A stretch of DNA of 64,000 nucleotides from a bacterium HR10 (GTDB lineage Bacteria; Acidobacteriota; Blastocatellia; HR10): assembly GCA_002923315.1 (NCBI GenBank), contig BEHM01000002.1, forward strand, positions 73,838 through 137,837, in the 5' to 3' direction. Under the pieces are notes generated by a model. That model worked only from the letters and a program-made list of their open reading frames with translations. It was not told the origin of the DNA and made no database searches. This document shows, one piece after another, positions 19,459 through 28,113 of this stretch. Every line of letters begins with the position of its first letter. Positions within the stretch are counted from its first letter, which is position 1. Made by a program: the position numbers and the translations under genes.

Positions 19459-19469
19459 GGAGGTGCGAG

Positions 19470-19709
19470 ATGGTGTCTTTTCAATTCTCCTCCATCGGGT
19501 TGCCGGAGTTACTCCTCATCTTGATGATCGCGCTTCTGCTCTTCGGGACGAAGCGGCTGCCGGAATTAGGCAGTTCGCTCGGTCGCGCCATCAGCGAATT
19601 CAAACGCGGACTCTATGAGGAGACGCCGAAGGGGGCACTCTCGGGAAGCTCGGAGGAGCCTGTTGCAGAATCGCCGGAGAAGCGCCGTGATGTCTCCGCC
19701 TCATCTTGA
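19470..19709 (+). CDS. tatA: twin-arginine translocase subunit TatA/E
   Basis: MVSFQFSSIGLPELLLILMIALLLFGTKRLPELGSSLGRAISEFKRG: the canonical TM helix plus FGxK.LPE.G...G..I.EFK amphipathic helix. GGAGGTG lies upstream. The track ORF (from 19242) is over-extended. Confidence 0.9.
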   Translation: MVSFQFSSIGLPELLLILMIALLLFGTKRLPELGSSLGRAISEFKRGLYEETPKGALSGSSEEPVAESPEKRRDVSASS

Positions 19710-19914
19710 GGCGAAGGTGCCGTGGCGAAATGGACGATGGATGCCAGACCTGCCACAGGTGAAGGGAGTGCAGCGAAAGGGGGCGGTGATCCTAACCCGA
19801 AAGGCGATAAGGGGTTGCTTCCTGCGCGTTCTCATCATGACTTCGGCACACCGGTTGCTTTCTCTCAGTGAGGGCCCTGAAACGGGCCGAGATCAGAGAA
19901 AAGGAGGGAAGGAT

Positions 19915-20172
19915 ATGTCGAAGCTGTGGAAGATGCTGGCGACCGTTGTGGTCGTGATCTTCGGTGTGTCCGGCGCCTTCGCTCAAGCCGCATCGCAAAA
20001 GACGACGAAGCCGGCGGCGAAGGCGACGGCCACCCAGACGAGCGCCGCCCCAACGACGCCGACGCAGACTCCTGAGGCGAAGGAGACCAAGGCGAAGCAC
20101 AGGAAGGCCAAGAAGGCGAAGAAGGCTCAGAAGACGCCGTCTGAGTCCACGGAGTCTCGGAAGCCTCAGTAG
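19915..20172 (+). CDS. small secreted Lys/Thr/Ala-rich protein (hypothetical)
   Basis: AAGGAGGGAAGG lies upstream of ATG 19915. MSKLWKMLATVVVVIFGVSGAFAQA looks like a signal peptide, followed by a low-complexity basic tail (KAKHRKAKKAKKAQK). Confidence 0.6.
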   Translation: MSKLWKMLATVVVVIFGVSGAFAQAASQKTTKPAAKATATQTSAAPTTPTQTPEAKETKAKHRKAKKAKKAQKTPSESTESRKPQ

Positions 20173-20258
20173 GCGGCGCGCCTGAAGTTGGAGGGAGCGG
20201 GGGAACGGTGGAGTTCTTCCGCTCCTCGCTTTATCAGGGGGGGCGCTGGTGAGACGCT

Positions 20259-21002
20259 ATGCGCGGACGGCTCATGTACCTGGCGGCAGCGGGGGGATGC
20301 TTTCTCCTAGCGGGTGTCGTTCTCTGGCACCACCTCCGAACACCCTCTCCGCGGGGCGGGAGACCATTGTCTGAAGCGGGGGTCTCCAACGCCTCGGTGA
20401 GAGAGGGAGCGCTGACGTTCGACGGTCGGCGAGCGCTTGAGGAGTTGGATGCGCTCCTTGACGCCGTGGAAGAGGAGGATTGGGCGCGCGCGCGGGCGCA
20501 TTTCAGCGAATTCGAACGGATCGCGCGAGCGCTCCCCTCGCCCGGATTGACGCATCCCGATGTCTCCTTCGCCCTCATGGACTTCTTCCACCTCTATCGG
20601 GTGCAACTTGAGCGCGCGCTCTCGGCCGAGGATTCAGCGGGAGCGATGTTCGCGGGCAATCAGTTGGGCGATATTGTATGGGACTTGCGCGTCCAGTTGG
20701 GGCGGGCGCCTCTGCCAGAGCTTGGGCGGCTTCGGTATCTCGAACGCGATCTCCGATATTGGAGTGAGATGGGGGATGAGCAGATGATCCGCGCGCGAGT
20801 CCGCGGTCTGGAGCGGACGTGGACCAGTCTCCGTCCGGTCGTCGCCAGCGGCCGCGGGCGAGAGTTGGTGGAACGCTTCGATGAGCTGCTGGAGCAGTTG
20901 CGGGCAGCGCGCGCGGTGGAAGAATATCGGGAGATTGCTCCAGAGCTGGAGGATATCGTTCAACAGGTTGAAGCGCATTTCTCCGAGCGGGGCGTTCGAT
21001 GA
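20259..21002 (+). CDS. membrane-anchored helical hypothetical protein
   Basis: 247 aa with an N-terminal TM helix (YLAAAGGCFLLAGVVLW). The rest looks helical. No family recognised. Confidence 0.55.
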   Translation: MRGRLMYLAAAGGCFLLAGVVLWHHLRTPSPRGGRPLSEAGVSNASVREGALTFDGRRALEELDALLDAVEEEDWARARAHFSEFERIARALPSPGLTHPDVSFALMDFFHLYRVQLERALSAEDSAGAMFAGNQLGDIVWDLRVQLGRAPLPELGRLRYLERDLRYWSEMGDEQMIRARVRGLERTWTSLRPVVASGRGRELVERFDELLEQLRAARAVEEYREIAPELEDIVQQVEAHFSERGVR

Positions 21003-21628
21003 AACTTCCGTTCGTGCCCAAGCTGATCGGATGGGTCCTGGTGGGGAGGCTCATTGGCCTCATCGGTGGGCTGGCGGCGCCCGTACCGGAGGCCGACGGA
21101 TCGTCCCCTGGCTTCGCCGCATCGGTCCTCGCCGATTTCGATGAGGATATGCACCCGGACCTGGCGCTCGCTCGGTATGAGCGACGCGGGTATCGGATCG
21201 AGGTGCATCTGAGTCGAAGGCAGAGGGAGATCTCGCTTCGTGTCCCCGCGCGCGAGTGGGGGATGATTCTGCTGGCCCTCGATGTCAATCGGGATGCGCA
21301 CCTGGATCTTGTGGCAGCGAACGCGCATCTTGTGCGTCCGTTGGCGATCTGGCTCGGCGATGGGCATGGCCACTTTCAACACGGGAGAGTGCGCGGGTGG
21401 GTATCCTCGCTCTTGCAAGCCGCGGGATATACGAAAGCTCCAGCCCGAGACCCTGACGTCTCTCTGACCTCCGAAGACCGATGGCCCTTCGATCACCCGC
21501 TCTGGAGATTCGCGAGAAATGCTCCAGAGGGTTCCATTCTCGCCTCCGCAGGGGCAGCCGCCCCTGACCTGCGTCTTCCTCATCCCTGCTTTGGTCGAAG
21601 CCCTCCTGAAAGACCTGTGTGCTTGTGA
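20999..21628 (+). CDS. hypothetical protein with FG-GAP-like motifs
   Basis: 4-nt overlap with the previous gene. N-terminal TM helix; ADFDEDMHPDLALA and LDVNRDAHLDLVAAN resemble FG-GAP Ca-binding loops. Confidence 0.5.
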   Translation: MKLPFVPKLIGWVLVGRLIGLIGGLAAPVPEADGSSPGFAASVLADFDEDMHPDLALARYERRGYRIEVHLSRRQREISLRVPAREWGMILLALDVNRDAHLDLVAANAHLVRPLAIWLGDGHGHFQHGRVRGWVSSLLQAAGYTKAPARDPDVSLTSEDRWPFDHPLWRFARNAPEGSILASAGAAAPDLRLPHPCFGRSPPERPVCL

Positions 21629-21722
21629 GTGCTCATCAGAGGAGCGCTTCGTTCAAGCGACATTCTTCGGAACGCTCTTTTCCCCAGGGAGTACGCGGGG
21701 GGGTACTTTCAGGAGGGACGAG

Positions 21723-23111
21723 ATGCGGGTCGTTCTCGCCGATATCAAGGGGCGTGATGGATTCGTCGCGAAGGACACGATCGCCGGGGGATATGGATCG
21801 CGATTTCGAGGAACCTCATGGACGACGCGGTTCGTGGAGCGGATGCTGCGAATTTATAACAACCTGCCGAGCATTCAGCTCGGCTATCTGGCGGCGATCT
21901 TCGCGCAGGCGGGGCATGAGGTCGTGATCTCGCGGGGCGAGCTTGTTGCCGGAGACCTCGCGCTGGTTTTGACCTCGATGGTGGATTTCCGAAATGAGAT
22001 CAGTTGGGCGGAGGCCGTCCGTCGGCAATTTGGAATGCCCGTGGGGTTCTTCGGGACATTCGCCACGTATAGGCCTGACCTGCTCGATGAGCATGGGGAC
22101 TTCGTCATTCAGGGAGAGCCCGAACAGGCCGCGATGCGCTTGGCCCGGGGGGAACGGTTGCGGGGGATCGTCGCCAGTCCTCCGCTGCCGGACCTGGACG
22201 AGTTGCCCTTTCCCCGATGGGACCTCTTTCCCCGCGAGCGTTTCGGGCATGCCATCGAGCGTCCGTTCTGGTTCACGCGCCGGGCCTTTCCCATCCTGTC
22301 GAGCCGAAGCTGCCCCGAATTCTGCACCTATTGCCCGCATCGCATCGTCGCGTCCTATCGGGCGCGCAGCCCGGAGAACGTTCTCGCGGAGATCGAGGCG
22401 TTGTGCCGGCGCTATGGCCGGGTCTATCTCGTCTTTCGCGATCCCATCTTCACCGCTGATCGAGAACGCGCGCTGCGGATCGCCGAGGGGATCATTCGCC
22501 GGAATTTGCCCGTTCGCTTCGAATGCGAGACGCGCCTCGATGATCTGGACGAGGAACTACTTCGATGGCTCCATCGCGCGGGCTTGCGCTCGGTCCGATT
22601 CGGCGTCGAATCCGTGGATGCGCTCACGCTCAAACGGGTGGGCCGCCGACCGATTCCGCCGGAGCACCAGCGAGAGATCGTCTCGCTCTGCCGACGGAAA
22701 GGGATTGTGACCCACGCTTTTTACGTCCTCGGCTTTTTGACCGATACGGTCGAGACGATTCGGGCGACGATCGAATATGCCGTGGCGCTCAACACGACGT
22801 TCGCCCTCTTCAAGATTTTGACGCCCTATCCCGGTACGCCGCTCTATCGTCAGATGGCCCGGCTCATCACCGAGAACGATCTGGAGAAATTCGATGGCTA
22901 TACGCCCACGTTTCGGCATCCGACGCTCAGGCACGAGCAATTGATCTTCCTGCTGGAGACGGCTTATTCGCGGTTCTACGTTCGTCCCTCGTGGTTGTGG
23001 ACCTACTTGCGATTGCCGATGTCGGGATTATTCGAGCGTCTGCTGAGCTGGGCCGATGCGTATGCCGAGCGTCGGCATCTGGAGGTCGAAGCGGCGCTCT
23101 TTCCAGGATAG
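21723..23111 (+). CDS. class-B-like (B12-binding-domain type) radical SAM enzyme
   Basis: ATG 21723 follows GGAGGGACGAG. SSRSCPEFCTYCPH is the CxxxCxxC radical-SAM cluster motif. The N-terminal IAGGYGSRFRG...LGYLAAIF region resembles the HpnJ/BchE-like class. The track ORF from 21519 is over-extended. Confidence 0.8.
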   Translation: MRVVLADIKGRDGFVAKDTIAGGYGSRFRGTSWTTRFVERMLRIYNNLPSIQLGYLAAIFAQAGHEVVISRGELVAGDLALVLTSMVDFRNEISWAEAVRRQFGMPVGFFGTFATYRPDLLDEHGDFVIQGEPEQAAMRLARGERLRGIVASPPLPDLDELPFPRWDLFPRERFGHAIERPFWFTRRAFPILSSRSCPEFCTYCPHRIVASYRARSPENVLAEIEALCRRYGRVYLVFRDPIFTADRERALRIAEGIIRRNLPVRFECETRLDDLDEELLRWLHRAGLRSVRFGVESVDALTLKRVGRRPIPPEHQREIVSLCRRKGIVTHAFYVLGFLTDTVETIRATIEYAVALNTTFALFKILTPYPGTPLYRQMARLITENDLEKFDGYTPTFRHPTLRHEQLIFLLETAYSRFYVRPSWLWTYLRLPMSGLFERLLSWADAYAERRHLEVEAALFPG

Positions 23112-23133
23112 GGCGGGGAGGAGGTGACGTCTC

Positions 23134-24426
23134 GTGTTTCGGACGATTGCGCGCTATGGGGCCCGACAAGCGCCGGGCGCGTGGCGCGCGGCCATGCGGG
23201 CGCTTCTCTCGGGACAAGGAGTTCGCGGCCCGGCCATTCGAGAGTTCGAAGAACGATTCGCCGCCTATCATGGTGTGCGGCAGGCCATCGCGGCGTCATA
23301 CGGGCGGATGGCCTTTTACTACATCCTGCGGGCGCTGGACCTGCCTGAGGGATCGGAGATTCTCATCCCGGCGCTCACCTTCTGGGTCGTGCCGGAGATG
23401 GCGCGCGTGGCCGGACTCAGGCCGGTCTTCGTAGACGTTGATCCGCGCACCTACACGCTCGATCCTCAGGATATGGCCCGGGCGATCACCGAGCGCACAC
23501 GGGTGGTCGTTCCCACGCACCTTTACGGTCAGCCGTGCGACATGGAGCCGATCCTTCGCCTCGCCGAACGTCATGATCTTTGGGTCATCGAGGATTGCGC
23601 GCACGCGCTCGGGGCGACCTATCGCGGTCGCAAAGTCGGGACCTTCGGCCACGCGGCCTTCTTCAGCTTCCAGCTCCTCAAGGGGTTGAACACGTACGGC
23701 GGCGGCATGGCCATTACCGATGATGATGCGCTCGCGCAGCGCATCCGCCGCCTGGCGGAAGCCGAACCGTGGCCGTCGGCGCTCTCAGTCCTGGGGAAGC
23801 TCGTGCTCGGATGGCTGCAGCAGGTCTTCATCAGTCCGCGCGGTTTCACCTTCAGCTTGTTTCCCGTGTTTTGGCTCGCTTCTCTCGTGGGCGATCGGGA
23901 TGTCTCGGCCTTTCTCTGGGAGAAGATCCGACGACTGGATCCGCTGCCTGCCTCTTATCGTCGCCGGTACAGCAATGCGCAGGCCGTGATCGGGTTGCGG
24001 GCGCTGGATTATGTCGAGGAGTGGAACGCCCGCAGTCGGCAATACGCGCGCCGATTGAGCGAGGGATTGGCGGGGATGGCATCGCTCGCGCTGCCGCATC
24101 CGTTGCCGGAGACCGAGCCCGTTTACTACCAGTATTGCATTCGCGTGTCCGATCCGGAGGCGCTGACGCGTCGCGCCCTTCGACGCGGGATTGACATCGA
24201 GATGATGCACGTGGACATCTGCACGACGCTCCCGCTCTTCGCATCGGAGGCCCGTCCATGCCCGGTCGCCGAGACGGCCGTCGAGACGCGACAGTTGCCC
24301 GTGTATTCGGGGCTGCATCCGAGCGACGTCGAACGCATCGTTCGCGTCATTCGGGAAATCGGTCGCGATCTGCCGCCGCTCGGCATCCCGGCGCAGGAGG
24401 TCGCCGCTCATGGACGCTTCGATTGA
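23134..24426 (+). CDS. DegT/DnrJ/EryC1/StrS-family sugar aminotransferase
   Basis: GTG start after GGGGAGGAGG. The fold-type-I sugar aminotransferase pattern is present: FEERFAAYHGVRQAIAASYGRMAFYYILRAL...VVPTHLYGQPCDM...VIEDCAHALGATYRGRKVGTFGHAAFFSFQLLKGLNTYGGGM. Confidence 0.8.
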   Translation: MFRTIARYGARQAPGAWRAAMRALLSGQGVRGPAIREFEERFAAYHGVRQAIAASYGRMAFYYILRALDLPEGSEILIPALTFWVVPEMARVAGLRPVFVDVDPRTYTLDPQDMARAITERTRVVVPTHLYGQPCDMEPILRLAERHDLWVIEDCAHALGATYRGRKVGTFGHAAFFSFQLLKGLNTYGGGMAITDDDALAQRIRRLAEAEPWPSALSVLGKLVLGWLQQVFISPRGFTFSLFPVFWLASLVGDRDVSAFLWEKIRRLDPLPASYRRRYSNAQAVIGLRALDYVEEWNARSRQYARRLSEGLAGMASLALPHPLPETEPVYYQYCIRVSDPEALTRRALRRGIDIEMMHVDICTTLPLFASEARPCPVAETAVETRQLPVYSGLHPSDVERIVRVIREIGRDLPPLGIPAQEVAAHGRFD

Positions 24427-25042
24427 GTCACATATTCGCGCCTATGGCTATTGGGGCGTTTTCCTCTGGGCCGTTTTGGGCGGAGAGGAGAGCGTGGTCG
24501 TCGCCGTCTGGTTGGTGAAGAGGGGACTGTTGAATCTGCCGGGCGTCATCGTGGCGGCGGCCCTCGGAGGAGCGGCAGGAGATCAGATCTATTTCTTTCT
24601 GGCGCGGCGATACGGATGGTCGCGGCTCCGCCGCTCGGCGCGATTCCGACGGTCGCGCGAGAGGGCCGAGGCGTTAGTCGCGCGCTATGGGCCAGGCGTC
24701 GTTCTGGCGTCGCGATTTCTCGCCGGACTTCGGATCACGATCCCGCTGGTCTGTGGAACGTTGGGGATGCCCGCGCTCACGTATAGTGTGCTGAATCTGG
24801 TGAGCGCGTTCCTCTGGGCCTCGTTCTACAGCTTGGCGGTGGCGTCTCTGTGGTCGGCCTGGACATCGCCGGCGCGACGCCTGTGGGTGGTGGGCGCCGT
24901 CATCGCCCTCCTCGCGCTCGTCTTCCTGATCCGGTTTTGGCGAGCGCGCGGGGCGCACAGGCGCTCAAGCATGCCCGCGTGTCGCACTTCGCCCGACGCC
25001 GGCGAGGAGGAAGAATCTCGTGTGGGAATTCGTGCTGGCTAA
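24410..25042 (+). CDS. DedA/SNARE-associated family membrane protein
   Basis: 210 aa. YGYWGVFLWAVLGGE..., RYGPGVVLASRFLAGLRITIPLVCG are typical of DedA. Overlaps the DegT stop by 17 nt. Confidence 0.75.
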   Translation: MDASIESHIRAYGYWGVFLWAVLGGEESVVVAVWLVKRGLLNLPGVIVAAALGGAAGDQIYFFLARRYGWSRLRRSARFRRSRERAEALVARYGPGVVLASRFLAGLRITIPLVCGTLGMPALTYSVLNLVSAFLWASFYSLAVASLWSAWTSPARRLWVVGAVIALLALVFLIRFWRARGAHRRSSMPACRTSPDAGEEEESRVGIRAG

Positions 25043-26123
25043 TTTTCGGAGCCGACCCGTGCGAGCGCTTCTCAGCATCGGGAGCGTCGCGCTCGGTGTG
25101 GCGCTCGTTCTTCTCTTCGCCGGACTGGCCGATGGAGAGATCCGCGAACGCGCCGAGCGGGATCAGCAGATCGGAGCTGAATTGATTGTCTATTCCTCAC
25201 AGGCCGGAGCGTTCGGCATGTTGGGTCTGCCGCTCTCGCTCCCCGTCGCGTATGCGACGTCGCTCGGAGAGATCGAAGGGGTGAAGGAGGTCACGCCGGT
25301 GGGGTATCTCGTTCAGGAAGGCGTTGGGGGAACCGGATTTCGAGCCATCGAGGGAATTGATCCCGATTCGTATGCGCGGACGAGCGGCCTTCGAATCATC
25401 GTCGGCCGGCCCCTGATGTTCGAGGACGATGCCCTCGTTGATCCCTCTCATGCGCGCGCACACGGAATCAGTGTGGGGGATCGAATAGACGTCCTGGGTC
25501 GCCCGTTTCGGGTCGTGGGGATTTTCGCGCCGGAGATGGGAGCGCGCGTGAAGGTCCGCCTCACCGCTCTCCAAAAGCTGCGAGGGACTCCCGAGCGGTG
25601 TTCATTCTTCTTGATCAAGTGCGTTCGGCCGGAGGCCGCGCCCCTGGTGGCCGAGCGGGTGAGTCGCCGCTTCCCGGAGTTTCGCCTCGTCTTCACGCAG
25701 GATCTGCCGCGAGTGTACCGTCAGAGCGTTCCGGCGCTCGATGTCTTCCTCCGGGTGCTGGTGGGAGTGGCGTCGCTCATCGGGGGGCTCAGTGTCTTCG
25801 TCGTCATGTATGCTGCCGTCAGCGAGCGCACGCACGAGATCGGGCTGTTGAAATCTCTCGGAGCGTCCCGACGGTGGATCATGAGAATCGTTCTGCAAGA
25901 GGCGTTCGGGCTGGGACTCGTGGGCACTCTGCTGGGGGTGGGCGTGTCCTGGGGCGCAGGGGGACTCATCATGCGCACGACCTCGTTGAGTTTCCATGTC
26001 GAAGGGCGGTGGATGCTAATCGCCGCCCTGATGGGAGTGGGGAGTTGTCTCCTGGGGTCGTTCTATCCCGCCGTTCGGGCGGCCAGGTTGGATCCCGTAG
26101 TCGCGCTCGCGAAAACGACCTGA
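25020..26123 (+). CDS. FtsX/MacB-type ABC transporter permease (no ATPase partner in operon)
   Basis: N-terminal TM helix, a periplasmic MacB-like core, then the C-terminal FtsX domain EIGLLKSLGASRRWIMRIVLQEAFGLGLVG...FYPAVRAARLDPVVAL. Confidence 0.8.
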   Translation: MWEFVLANFRSRPVRALLSIGSVALGVALVLLFAGLADGEIRERAERDQQIGAELIVYSSQAGAFGMLGLPLSLPVAYATSLGEIEGVKEVTPVGYLVQEGVGGTGFRAIEGIDPDSYARTSGLRIIVGRPLMFEDDALVDPSHARAHGISVGDRIDVLGRPFRVVGIFAPEMGARVKVRLTALQKLRGTPERCSFFLIKCVRPEAAPLVAERVSRRFPEFRLVFTQDLPRVYRQSVPALDVFLRVLVGVASLIGGLSVFVVMYAAVSERTHEIGLLKSLGASRRWIMRIVLQEAFGLGLVGTLLGVGVSWGAGGLIMRTTSLSFHVEGRWMLIAALMGVGSCLLGSFYPAVRAARLDPVVALAKTT

Positions 26124-26153
26124 GGATGAGGGGCGCGAGCAGGTGCTGAAAGG

Positions 26154-27071
26154 ATGTGCGCGATCCGCATCGAGGTGCCATCAGGAGGGCGCGTCGTGGG
26201 GAAGTATCTGATCGTCACGGCCGATGACTTCGGGCTCACGCCGGGCATCAATCGGGCGATCCTTCAGGCTCATGCCGAGGGGATCGTGACGGGCGCGAGC
26301 CTGATGGCCGTGGGCCCGGCATTCGAGGATGCTCTTGTTCGGGCGCGATCCGCTCGGCGATTGGGTCTCGGCGTGCATCTGGTGTGGGTGGATGAGCGTC
26401 CTGTCTCTCCTGCCGAGAAGATTCCCACGCTCGTGAATGCTCACGGGCGATTCCATTCGGTGAGGGGGTTCCTGCTTCGCCTTCAGCTCGGCTTCATCCG
26501 TCGAGATGATCTGGAGCGGGAGACGCGCGCGCAACTTGAGCGGGTGCTCGAGGCCGGAATCCGACCGACGCATGTCGACAGCCACAAGCATCTGCACGTC
26601 CTTCCCCTTCTGCGTGACCTCGTCCTTCGCCTGCTTCCGGAGTATGGGATCCGCGCGATGCGGCTGCCTCAGGAGCGTGTTCCTTTCTCCGTCTCGCGGG
26701 CCGTGGGGCGGGCATGGCCTCGGGCTCTCGCTGTGACGTGGCTGGCCGAACGGGGGCGTCGCACGCTCAGTGAAGCAGGGGTCTTCTTTCCCGATCGTTT
26801 CTTCGGGCTCTTTCACACGGGCGCTCTCACGGAGCCGGTTCTTCTGGCGATCGTGAGGCACCTGCCGGAGGGGGTGAGCGAACTGATGTGCCATCCCGGT
26901 TTTGTGGACGAGGCCTTGCGCGCGGTGCGCACGCGGCTTCGCTCCTGTCGGGAGGAGGAAGTGCGCGCCCTCACGAGCCCGTTCGTCCGAGACGAAATTC
27001 GGCGAAGAGGAGTTCGCCTGGTGACGTATGAAGAGGCCGCTGAGCGACACAGAATGGGAGCGTTCGTCTGA
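26154..27071 (+). CDS. YdjC/ChbG/HpnK/NaxD-family carbohydrate deacetylase
   Basis: YLIVTADDFGLTPGINRAILQAHAEGIVTGASLM...GVHL...THVDSHKHLH are hallmark YdjC-family motifs. Confidence 0.85.
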   Translation: MCAIRIEVPSGGRVVGKYLIVTADDFGLTPGINRAILQAHAEGIVTGASLMAVGPAFEDALVRARSARRLGLGVHLVWVDERPVSPAEKIPTLVNAHGRFHSVRGFLLRLQLGFIRRDDLERETRAQLERVLEAGIRPTHVDSHKHLHVLPLLRDLVLRLLPEYGIRAMRLPQERVPFSVSRAVGRAWPRALAVTWLAERGRRTLSEAGVFFPDRFFGLFHTGALTEPVLLAIVRHLPEGVSELMCHPGFVDEALRAVRTRLRSCREEEVRALTSPFVRDEIRRRGVRLVTYEEAAERHRMGAFV

Positions 27072-28107
27072 GCCCACGGCGATCCGCTATTCCCTCGTTG
27101 TTCCTCTCCGCGATGAGGAGGGGAACGTGGAGGCGTTGTGGGAGGAAGTGACCGCTGTCATGGAGGGTCTGGGCGAGCCCTATGAGCTGATCCTCGTGGA
27201 TGATGGAAGCACGGATGGGACGTATGAGCGGCTGGTGAGCCTCTGCGAGCGGGATGCGCGCGTACGGGTCCTTCGGCTGAGCCGGAACTTCGGGCAGACG
27301 GCGGCCCTGGCGGCGGGATTCGATTTCGCGCGGGGGGAGATCATCATCGCCATGGATGGGGATTTGCAATATGATCCGCGCGACATTCCGCGTCTGCTGC
27401 ACAAGCTCAACGAGGGATACGATCTCGTCAGCGGATGGCGTGAGAAGCGATCGGATGCCTGGCTGACCCGCCGCCTTCCCTCGCGCGTCGCCAACTGGCT
27501 GGCAGCACAAGTGTCGGGCGTGCCCTTGAAGGATTTCGGCTCGACATTCAAGGCCTATCGGCGAGAGGCGCTGGCTGAGATTCGCCTCTATAGCGAGCAA
27601 CATCGGTTCATTCCGGCGCTCGTCAGTCAATGGCGGGATCGCTTCGCCGAAGTCCCCGTGCGCGTGCGGCCCCGTCGGTGGGGGCGCTCCAAATACGGCC
27701 TCTCGCGCACGCTGCGCGTGACGTTCGATCTGCTGACGATCGCCTTCCTGCTGCGCTATCTCGCCCATCCCCTTCGTCTGTTCGGAAGCTGGGGAGTCGC
27801 GATGCTGCTCGGCGGCCTCGGGCTGGACGGGTACCTTGTGGGGGAGAAGCTCTGGCGCCACATCTCGATCATGGAGCAACACGGCCCGCTCCTTCTGTTG
27901 AGCGTCTTGCTCATCGTCACCGGGGGGCAACTGATCTCGCTCGGACTGCTCGGCGAGATCCTCTCGCGGACGTACTTCGAGTCGCAGCGGAAGCCGATCT
28001 ACTCGATTCGGGAGATCCGCACGCGGAGGCCCGAATCTCCTGTGGGAGAACCGATGCTGCAGGACGGGGAGACCATCCCTTCGTCTCGCGCGTCGTGCTC
28101 CACGTGA
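27028..28107 (+). CDS. GT2 polyprenyl-phosphate glycosyltransferase (DPM1/GtrB/ArnC/FlmF2-like)
   Basis: YSLVVPLRDEEGNV...LILVDDGSTDGT...LSRNFGQTAALAAGF...IIAMDGDLQYDP (DxD) ...DLVSGWR. Two C-terminal TM helices are present, as in GtrB/ArnC-type enzymes. Confidence 0.85.
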   Translation: MKRPLSDTEWERSSEPTAIRYSLVVPLRDEEGNVEALWEEVTAVMEGLGEPYELILVDDGSTDGTYERLVSLCERDARVRVLRLSRNFGQTAALAAGFDFARGEIIIAMDGDLQYDPRDIPRLLHKLNEGYDLVSGWREKRSDAWLTRRLPSRVANWLAAQVSGVPLKDFGSTFKAYRREALAEIRLYSEQHRFIPALVSQWRDRFAEVPVRVRPRRWGRSKYGLSRTLRVTFDLLTIAFLLRYLAHPLRLFGSWGVAMLLGGLGLDGYLVGEKLWRHISIMEQHGPLLLLSVLLIVTGGQLISLGLLGEILSRTYFESQRKPIYSIREIRTRRPESPVGEPMLQDGETIPSSRASCST

Positions 28108-28113
28108 TGTCCG

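Noticed and set aside
19354-19524. A 57-aa ORF with a good SD (GAGGAGAA) that runs through the terminator hairpin into tatA.
   Set aside because: The translation (MTPPLLPRSPAVRRAMDEGRVDTPESRARDSP...) is low-complexity. It overlaps tatA out of frame. It is most likely a chance ORF.
21723-28107. Directly naming the radical SAM, deacetylase and GT2 genes hpnJ, hpnK and hpnI (hopanoid side-chain genes).
   Set aside because: The GT2 looks like a DPM1/GtrB/ArnC-type polyprenyl-phosphate enzyme with two C-terminal TM helices. No shc/hpnH or other hopanoid core gene is in the window. DegT, DedA and an FtsX permease are not part of the known hpn set. It is kept as a hypothesis only.
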